NCBI GenBank assembly: GCA_964549165.1
Contig: CAZJUH010000002.1
Coordinates: 1,896-65,895, forward strand
Direction: 5' to 3'
DNA length: 64,000 nucleotides
Source of the DNA: an uncultured Gammaproteobacteria bacterium
GTDB lineage: Bacteria; Patescibacteriota; Microgenomatia; UBA12405
A program made the translations under genes and the position numbers. Below the pieces are notes generated by a model, which had not been told where the DNA came from, made no database searches, and saw only the letters and a program-made list of their open reading frames with translations. How positions within the stretch are numbered: the stretch's first letter is position 1; every line of letters begins with the position of its first letter. Below, piece by piece: positions 57,137-64,000 of the stretch.

Positions 57137-57925
57137 TTATCGAAATAATTTATTAATCTCTGGCATCATATTAATTGTTGTCTCATAGCCAATTTGAATA
57201 TATTTCTTTGCTTTTACAAAATCCAATACATTTATATCTTCCACTGGCGGTAGTATTTTTATGTCAGCCTTTTCCAGGTCAAGAATTGATAATTTTTTTA
57301 TCATCACTTGCATTGAAGAAAAAGCCATTTTTACAATATTAGCTCGGGAAATATTGCCATAATTTTTTGGAAATATCTTGCTGTAAAGCCCCACCGCGAT
57401 AATTTTTTCTTCAGGACTTGGTTCAACTTCGGAGGTGGGAATTGGATTGACCGCTCCACCGTCAATTAAAATTTTATCCTCAAACTTAACTGGAGAAAAA
57501 AGAGCGGGAATTGCACATGAGGCTCTAATGGCAGTAGCTAGTTTTCCTTTATCGAAAACATATTTATTTCCAGTGATAAGGTCAGCACAAACCGCTTTAA
57601 ATTTTATTGGTAAATCTTCAACCCTTTTTTCTCCACATAGTTCGTCCAAAAATGATTCCATTTTTTGCCCTCGCAGGAGTGCTGTTTTTGTTGGCCTTTC
57701 CATTAGTATTTTAAACAATTTTAAATAACCAATTTTGTCAACTATTTTTTCTAAATTTTTCTCATTCGGATCAGCTGCGTACAAACCTCCAATCATGGCT
57801 CCGACTGAGGTGCCAGCTATCTGTGTAATTTCAAAATTGTTTTCCCTTAAGGCTTTTATGACTCCGAGATGTGCCAATCCCTTTGATCCCCCACTTCCTA
57901 ATACTAAACAGATTTTTTTATTCAT
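57137..57925 (-). CDS. Patatin-like phospholipase
   Basis: GSGGSKG oxyanion motif, GTSVG nucleophile elbow, DGG catalytic Asp. Confidence 0.75.
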   Translation of the reverse strand: MNKKICLVLGSGGSKGLAHLGVIKALRENNFEITQIAGTSVGAMIGGLYAADPNEKNLEKIVDKIGYLKLFKILMERPTKTALLRGQKMESFLDELCGEKRVEDLPIKFKAVCADLITGNKYVFDKGKLATAIRASCAIPALFSPVKFEDKILIDGGAVNPIPTSEVEPSPEEKIIAVGLYSKIFPKNYGNISRANIVKMAFSSMQVMIKKLSILDLEKADIKILPPVEDINVLDFVKAKKYIQIGYETTINMMPEINKLFR

Positions 57926-57981
57926 TCGACAAATATAACATATTAGCAATCGAAATCTTTATATGCTATCAATCAATAATT

Positions 57982-58629
57982 TTACTGCTTAAGATCTGAT
58001 ACTTCTTTGGGGGTTAAATGTCTTGATTCCCCGGGAGTTAAATCTCCGATTTTCAAATTTCCAATTCTAATTCTTTTTAACCTCTTGACTCTTAGTCCGG
58101 CCTCCCAGCACATTTCTCTGATTTGTCTTTTTTTACCTTCAAACATAATTATATTTATTTTATTTTTTTCGATTCTCGCAATTTTATTAATGCCAAGTTT
58201 AATTTTATTATTTTTTATTTCTCTGTCGAGGACTACTTCATATTCTTTTTCTAAGTGAAATTTTGGATGTGTCAATTTTAAAGCCAGATCACCATCATTA
58301 GTTAGCAGCGTTAAACCTTCTGAGTCTTTATCGAGTCTTCCTACTGGATACAATCTATTTTTACTTTTTATAAGATCAATTACTTTTTGTCGTCCTCTTT
58401 CATCACTTACTGTTGATACTATTCCGACCGGTTTATAAAGCATAATATATTCCTTATTCTCGCGGGATATTATCTCAAGACCGTCAAGTGATATTTTTTC
58501 TTTTCCCTGTATTTTGTCACCCAAATTAGCTATAGTTTCGTTAATTTTAATCCTTCCCTCTTCAATTAATTTATCCGATCCTCTTCGAGAAGCGATTCCC
58601 GCCTCGGCCAAAAATTTATTTAAACGCAT
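57982..58629 (-). CDS. Pseudouridine synthase (RsuA/RluB family) with an N-terminal S4 domain
   Basis: MRLNKFLAEAGIASRR and the catalytic VGRLDKDSEGL. Confidence 0.85.
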   Translation of the reverse strand: MRLNKFLAEAGIASRRGSDKLIEEGRIKINETIANLGDKIQGKEKISLDGLEIISRENKEYIMLYKPVGIVSTVSDERGRQKVIDLIKSKNRLYPVGRLDKDSEGLTLLTNDGDLALKLTHPKFHLEKEYEVVLDREIKNNKIKLGINKIARIEKNKINIIMFEGKKRQIREMCWEAGLRVKRLKRIRIGNLKIGDLTPGESRHLTPKEVSDLKQ

Positions 58630-58640
58630 AGCATAGTATA

Positions 58641-59525
58641 ATGAATTTTATGTCGGATAAATACACCGCTCTTTGGGTTTCCCATTCTTCTATTTCCACT
58701 TTTCTCGAATGTCCTCGGGCTTACTATCTCAAAAATATCTATAAAGACTCCAAAAGTGGCCACAAAATTAAACTGATGTCGCCTCCTTTGGCTCTTGGTC
58801 AAGCTGTTCACGAAGTTATCGAATCTCTTTCGGAAATCAAAACTGATCTCCGTTTTAAAGAGCCCCTTCTTGATAAATTTGAAAATTCATGGAAAAAAAT
58901 CTCTGGAGAAAAGGGGGGATTCTTTGATAAAAATATTGAATATGACTATAAAAAAAGAGGCGAGGCTATGATCCGCCGAGTTGTCAATAATCCTGGTCCA
59001 CTTGGGGAATTGGCAATTAAAATAAACATGGATCTACCCTACTATTGGCTCTCTGAGGAGGACAATATTATTCTTTGTGGCAAAATTGACTGGCTCAAAT
59101 ATTATCCTGATAGTGATAGTGTCGAAATTATCGATTTCAAAACCTCTCGTCACGAAGAAGGGGAAGATTCTCTACAACTGCCTATTTACCATCTTCTCGT
59201 AAAAAATTGTCAAAATCGTGAGGTTACTGCCGCTTCTTATTGGTATCTTGATAGTAGCGACGAGTTGACTCCAAAAAAATTATCTGATGTAAAAGAGGCC
59301 CAGGAAAAAATTCTAAAAATTGCCAAGAGAATCAAATTACAAAAATCGCTTAGTAAATTTGATTGCCCCAGTGGCAAAACCGGTTGCCGTGCTTGTCGTC
59401 CTTATGAATCAATTCTCAAAGGCGAAGCCAAATTTGTTGGACTTGATGATTTTAAAGCTGATGTTTATGTCTTGGATAAAGATACAACGGGTTCGGATAA
59501 GGAAGGCGGGAGCAAAATACTTTAA
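58641..59525 (+). CDS. PD-(D/E)XK nuclease with a Cas4/AddB-like four-Cys (putative Fe-S) cluster. Stand-alone, with no cas neighbours.
   Basis: N-terminal C (LECPRAY), D...EIIDFK...K catalytic triad, and C-terminal CPSGKTGCRAC. Confidence 0.55.
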   Translation: MNFMSDKYTALWVSHSSISTFLECPRAYYLKNIYKDSKSGHKIKLMSPPLALGQAVHEVIESLSEIKTDLRFKEPLLDKFENSWKKISGEKGGFFDKNIEYDYKKRGEAMIRRVVNNPGPLGELAIKINMDLPYYWLSEEDNIILCGKIDWLKYYPDSDSVEIIDFKTSRHEEGEDSLQLPIYHLLVKNCQNREVTAASYWYLDSSDELTPKKLSDVKEAQEKILKIAKRIKLQKSLSKFDCPSGKTGCRACRPYESILKGEAKFVGLDDFKADVYVLDKDTTGSDKEGGSKIL

Positions 59526-60127
59526 AATAAACCCACTTGCGGCACCATTTCGACCTTGGGATAGGAAAAATTAACCTTAAAGCCTCTTTGGGTATTCCAT
59601 TTATCAATATATTTTAATTTTTTATTTTTCAAACCAAAATCATAAACTTCTTTGGTAACAACCACATCCATTTCGCAGTATTTTTTTAATTTAGCCAAAG
59701 ATTCTTTGGTGTGTTCTTGCCAGTAATAAACCGCGTTTAAGCCATTATCAATTTTGCCATGACCCAGTGTTTCAGCGGCAATTGAATTAAGGCTTAATCT
59801 AAACCCTATCGCATTTTTAATATGGTCCATAATATCAAAATGATTTATTTTTTTAAAATCATAGGGAGCTAGGGGAGCTAGCGCCGGGACGTCAAAATGA
59901 AGAGAATTAAAGCCGATAATTCGGTCTACATTTGAAAATAAAACCCACATTTTGTCAAAATCCTGCTCAAAAAAGCTTTCTATTTTTCCCTCTATTTCAT
60001 CAAAATTATCATCCAGTTTTCTTTTGTAAATTGAAACAATTGAAATTCCCAAATCAGCCGGATTATATCCCTCGATATCATCAAAAATTTTTTTAGTCTC
60101 AATATCAAAAATTACTTCACTTACCAT
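59522..60127 (-). CDS. DEDDy-type 3'-5' exonuclease domain protein (RNase H-like fold)
   Basis: Exo I FDIET, Exo II HFDVPAL, Exo III YCEMD. Confidence 0.55.
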   Translation of the reverse strand: MVSEVIFDIETKKIFDDIEGYNPADLGISIVSIYKRKLDDNFDEIEGKIESFFEQDFDKMWVLFSNVDRIIGFNSLHFDVPALAPLAPYDFKKINHFDIMDHIKNAIGFRLSLNSIAAETLGHGKIDNGLNAVYYWQEHTKESLAKLKKYCEMDVVVTKEVYDFGLKNKKLKYIDKWNTQRGFKVNFSYPKVEMVPQVGLF

Positions 60128-60212
60128 TGAATTAATAGAATATCACTTTTATTCTACATTGCCAAAGCCATAAATTAGGCATTTTTTTCTATATTTGATA
60201 TATTAGTAAGCT

Positions 60213-61058
60213 ATGCCCAGTTCCTTATATTCAACTTTTGGCTTTCGCCAAATTCTCCGGCCCATTAATCGAGATTTAAAACACCATTATCTTTCTTCTA
60301 CTTTAAGAGCCATTGTTGAAAAAGTTTCTCGCAATTTTACGATAAATCTTTCTTCGAAAACACAAGAAGCCCTAAAAAATGATCCGGTCCTTTTGATTTG
60401 TAATCATCCTGCCCAGGCTGATGTTTTACTTCTCCTGGCCGCTCTCCCCCCAAGACCCAAAACATATTTAGTGGTTATGCATGGTTTATGGTCGATTTTA
60501 CCAGCTATTAATAAATATCTCATTCCTGTTTATATTAATCACCGGGTTGAAGACTATCGTCATCCTGATTGGAAATTAAAACTTTTTAAAAAATTTCACT
60601 ATATTCCTGAGTATTCAAAAGAAGTGGCTCATCAAAAAAATATTAAAAGTATTAGCCTAGCAACTACTAAAATTGACGAAGGTTCTCTTGTTGGCATTTT
60701 TCCTACTGGCGGTTCTGAAAACGGTCGTGATTTTTTGCCAGGGGTTGGATACATTGTCAAAAATTTGAAATATCCGCAGAAAACCAAAATTATTATGGCT
60801 CATGTGAGTGGCACTTCAAGCTGGGATTTTATCCGTATTCTCCCTTTTATCGGCAAAATTATGCCTAAATTTAAAATCGAATTTTCCGATCCTCTGTCCG
60901 CCGATAATTTTAGTGGAGACAATGGTCGCTTTATTTCTTTAAAGCTTCAAAATGTTTACGATCGCTGGTCTCTGCCATTTTATCTCTTACCTAAATTTCA
61001 AAAGGCCGCCTATTATCTCCGTTCCCTTCTTTTCTTTTTTCTTTTCCGAGGTCAATAG
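60213..61058 (+). CDS. Putative lysophospholipid acyltransferase (PlsC-like)
   Basis: HX4D motif NHPAQAD, FPTGG block, and a hydrophobic C-terminus. Confidence 0.45.
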   Translation: MPSSLYSTFGFRQILRPINRDLKHHYLSSTLRAIVEKVSRNFTINLSSKTQEALKNDPVLLICNHPAQADVLLLLAALPPRPKTYLVVMHGLWSILPAINKYLIPVYINHRVEDYRHPDWKLKLFKKFHYIPEYSKEVAHQKNIKSISLATTKIDEGSLVGIFPTGGSENGRDFLPGVGYIVKNLKYPQKTKIIMAHVSGTSSWDFIRILPFIGKIMPKFKIEFSDPLSADNFSGDNGRFISLKLQNVYDRWSLPFYLLPKFQKAAYYLRSLLFFFLFRGQ

Positions 61059-61154
61059 AAAAATCGTGTTAGAATACGATGACATTGACTAAACTATAGC
61101 GGGCTTAATTTGTAGTATCTTAAGCGGGCATGCCCGCCGTAGCTTTAGCATAGG

Positions 61155-61228
61155 CGGGGATTGGCGCAATTGGCTAGCGCGCACGCATGGGGTGCGTGAG
61201 GTTGCAGGTTCGAATCCTGTATTCCCGA
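61155..61228 (+). tRNA. tRNA-Pro (anticodon GGG). The terminal CC is encoded 3' of this interval; the final A is not encoded.
   Basis: A hand-folded cloverleaf. The acceptor is CGGGGAT/ATTCCCG with a C1:G72 pair. The D-arm is GCGC-AATTGGCTA-GCGC. The anticodon arm is CACGC-AU GGG GU-GCGTG. The variable loop is AGGTT. The T-arm is GCAGG-TTCGAAT-CCTGT. The discriminator is A73. Confidence 0.7.
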
Positions 61229-61300
61229 CCCGCTCAAAGCTTCGCATTGAAGCGGGTCAGCCATAATGTGCAAAGCACTTTAGGCTGACTTAATTTAAAT

Positions 61301-61855
61301 ATGTCTCATCTTCCGTGGAAAACTCTATCATCAAAAATTGTCTATCAAAATCCGTGGATAAAAATCCACGAGGATAAAGTTATTCGGCCAGATGGCAAAG
61401 AAGGACTCTATGCTTTTTTAAGTAAGCCAGCCGCCGTTTTTATTTTAGCCAAAGACAAAGACGGTTTTTTCTATTTTATTCGTCAGTACCGCTATCCTCT
61501 CAAAAAATATATTTATGAACTTCCCGCCGGAGTTGTTGATGACCATCGCTACTTAACTAATGCCAAAAGAGAACTCAAAGAAGAAACCGGTCTTAGTGCC
61601 AAAAAATGGGTATCTCTTGGCAAATTTTATGTTGCCCCTGGACACGAAAATGTGGCGGTTCACTCCTTTTTGGCGCTAACTGTTGATGAACATTTACTTA
61701 GCCAAAAAAACCAAGAAGGCGATGAATCAATTCAAAAAATTATAAAATTATCGACAACTCAGGTAAAAAAATATATTAATTCCGGTAAAATCGAATGCGG
61801 TATTACTTTGGCCACCTGGAATCTGTATCTTAATTCTAAGTTTTACGCAAAGTAA
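61301..61855 (+). CDS. NUDIX hydrolase (ADP-ribose pyrophosphatase-like)
   Basis: Nudix box GVVDD...RELKEETGL. Confidence 0.8.
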   Translation: MSHLPWKTLSSKIVYQNPWIKIHEDKVIRPDGKEGLYAFLSKPAAVFILAKDKDGFFYFIRQYRYPLKKYIYELPAGVVDDHRYLTNAKRELKEETGLSAKKWVSLGKFYVAPGHENVAVHSFLALTVDEHLLSQKNQEGDESIQKIIKLSTTQVKKYINSGKIECGITLATWNLYLNSKFYAK

Positions 61856-63347
61856 ATTCAATCTTTTCTCCAATTTCAGGCAAAACTACTCGAGCTGGAT
61901 ACCCCCTCTCTTTAAAGGCCTCGGCCATTTTTGTTCTATTGTTATTGTTCCCATGGATAATACCAATTATTTCCAGTTCGTTTAAATTAAACCTATTGAT
62001 ATACTTAAAAGTGTCACTCTCGCCACTAATATGTCCGGTAAAAACATCTAAATGTTCAACTTTTGCGCCTCTAGTGCCATTTTTGTTAATGAGGTAGCCC
62101 TGGTCAGTCAATTTTCGCCCTTCGGTCCCCTCGACCTGATAACAGGTCAAAATAATGCCGTTTTTAGGATTTGTGCCAAAATTTTTATCAATATAATTTC
62201 TGACTCGACCATGACCGAGCATACCTCCACTCGTAATTACAATTGAATTCTGATTATTGGCTATCAAAGAGCGAGATATTTCTACCGATTCTCTATTGCT
62301 GGCAACTAGCTGACAATTATTTAATTCAAAACGCTTTTTACTGCTTAATAAATTTTTATAAAACTCAGGATCGTTACCAAATCTGCTCGTCATAAACAAA
62401 TCTGAATCTGCCACATAGGTCTCTTCAAATTTAGAAGCTAGAGGGGCATCTTTGTAAATTTTTGTATTTTGAGGAATATCCCCCTTTTCTTGGGCGTAGC
62501 GAATTATTTCTACTATTTCCTGGTTTCTTTGCATTGATATCGCCGGGATAGCGACTGATCCACCATCTCTTAAAATTTTATTTATTGAGCCAAGAAACTG
62601 TTCATACTTTTCATCAAAATTAACTGACTCTCTATCAAAATTAGTTGACTCTATCCAGAGGGCTTTTATTGGCAAATCTTTTGGATAGTCTCTTTCTTTT
62701 GTTTCTCCCCAGCCCCCACAAATCGCCTGAACTTCTTTGCCAATATCACCTGAAAACAAGATCCCCCCCGAAAGTCCCTCTTTTTCCATAATTATTGAAG
62801 CTGAGCCGGGGATGTGTCCGTTGTAGGTCCAGAGTGCCGACAATTTGTCGTGTTTATTGCCAATTCTTATTTGTCGACCCATTCTGACGGTATTGACATA
62901 TCCAAGTACCATATCTATGTCCTCGCAGGTATAAAGATTATCTTGATCTTTTTGAATTTTCGCCGAATCTTTAAGAATTATTTCCATTAGTTCCCTGGTC
63001 ATTTCCGTTGTTAAAGTTCTCGGGGTAGAGCTTTTTTTATAAAAAAGTGGCAGCCTAGCTACATGATCAGCATGAGCGTGAGTTAATAAAATATCGGTGA
63101 TATTTTTTGTATTGCCAAGATCCTCGGCGTTTCGGCTTTTTCCGTCAGGCAAAAAAGCATCGTACTTTCCTTGAAAAATACCAGCGTCAATCACAATTGT
63201 ACTTTCTCCGTGCCTTAGTTTATGGAGTGATCCGGTCACAATTCCTCCCGCCGCTCCATGCGACTCGATGCTGAATTTCTCTTCGAAACATTCAGCTGAT
63301 TTACTCATGCCTTGTTTATTTTCCCCATAATTATATCTAAACGTCAA
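61836..63347 (-). CDS. Metallo-beta-lactamase / beta-CASP family ribonuclease (RNase J / CPSF-like)
   Basis: HxHxDH motif (LTHAHADH) and a downstream beta-CASP-like region. 503 aa. Confidence 0.55.
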   Translation of the reverse strand: MTFRYNYGENKQGMSKSAECFEEKFSIESHGAAGGIVTGSLHKLRHGESTIVIDAGIFQGKYDAFLPDGKSRNAEDLGNTKNITDILLTHAHADHVARLPLFYKKSSTPRTLTTEMTRELMEIILKDSAKIQKDQDNLYTCEDIDMVLGYVNTVRMGRQIRIGNKHDKLSALWTYNGHIPGSASIIMEKEGLSGGILFSGDIGKEVQAICGGWGETKERDYPKDLPIKALWIESTNFDRESVNFDEKYEQFLGSINKILRDGGSVAIPAISMQRNQEIVEIIRYAQEKGDIPQNTKIYKDAPLASKFEETYVADSDLFMTSRFGNDPEFYKNLLSSKKRFELNNCQLVASNRESVEISRSLIANNQNSIVITSGGMLGHGRVRNYIDKNFGTNPKNGIILTCYQVEGTEGRKLTDQGYLINKNGTRGAKVEHLDVFTGHISGESDTFKYINRFNLNELEIIGIIHGNNNNRTKMAEAFKERGYPARVVLPEIGEKIEFTLRKT

Positions 63348-63445
63348 TATATTCTATTGTCACAACTTCGTCAACGAGATGTTTCTTCGCCTTTTCTTCG
63401 GTTTTGCCCCTTGACTTGATACTGTCACGCCTGTTATTACTTAAC

Positions 63446-64000
63446 TATGAAAAATAAAAAAGTAAAATCTGTAATTTCTCATACCAATTCTTCCCTTCAA
63501 GATAAAAAAGGCGAAGCCGTACGTCTGGCTATGGAGCAAATTACCAAAGCCTATGGTGAGGGTGCCATTATGAAGATGGGTGAACGCACTGATATGGATA
63601 TTGAAGTTATTCCTACTGGCTGTTTACCTCTCGATATTGCCTTAGGTGTGGGTGGTTTACCTCGTGGTCGAGTCACGGAAATTTTTGGTCCAGAAGCCTC
63701 AGGTAAGACTACGCTTTCTCTTCATGTCATTGCCGAGGCTCAAAAAATGGGGGGTACGGCTGCTTTTATTGATGCCGAGCACGCTCTCGAGCCAGTCCGC
63801 GCCGCCACTGTCGGTGTTGATCTTAATAATCTCTTAATTTCTCAGCCAGACAATGGTGAACAAGCTTTAGAAATTGTTGAGACTTTGGTTAGATCAAATG
63901 CCGTTGATGTTATCGTCGTTGATTCTGTGGCCGCTCTGGTTCCCAAGGCCGAAATTGAAGGTGAGATGGGGGATTCTATGATGGGGGTTCAGGCCCGGCT
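63446..64000 (+). CDS. recA: Recombinase RecA, N-terminal fragment (continues beyond the window)
   Basis: Walker [10 protein letters not shown] and L1-region motifs. Confidence 0.9.

Noticed and set aside
61090-61150. A possible second tRNA or ncRNA upstream of tRNA-Pro.
   Set aside because: No cloverleaf could be folded. Only a perfect palindrome, GCGGGCATGCCCGC, is present.

Overview
This is an AT-rich bacterial window whose gene content suggests a small-genome, CPR/Patescibacteria-like organism. The evidence is an archaeal-type ProRS, an AlaS that ends before the C-Ala domain, no rpmD (L30), a Zn-ribbon S14, korAB, and a sortase with an LPAAG-type substrate. The core on the + strand is a contiguous rpoB-rpoC-str-S10-spc-alpha ribosomal superoperon (about 15.1-46.6 kb). 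It carries two accessory insertions: a LytR_C/rfbBCD/FAD-oxidoreductase block between rpsG and fusA, and a DUF559 (Vsr-like) endonuclease cassette between secY and adk. The flanks hold an RNase J 3' end, proS, ftsK, a RodZ-like gene, alaS, a cell-surface cluster, a MiaB-like gene, a heterodimeric ABC exporter pair, uppP, korAB, a DEAD-box helicase, a DNA-repair/nuclease cluster, tRNA-Pro(GGG), a Nudix hydrolase, a beta-CASP MBL RNase and the recA 5' end. The most unusual signal is at least four families of short palindromic or heptamer-tandem repeat elements. Three of them are inserted in-frame inside unrelated protein-coding genes (rpsK, rplQ, korB, alaS, a MiaB-like gene, an FAD oxidoreductase) and add short low-complexity peptides. 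This resembles Rickettsia-palindromic-element-type behaviour. No CRISPR array, rRNA or classical IS/transposase was seen.
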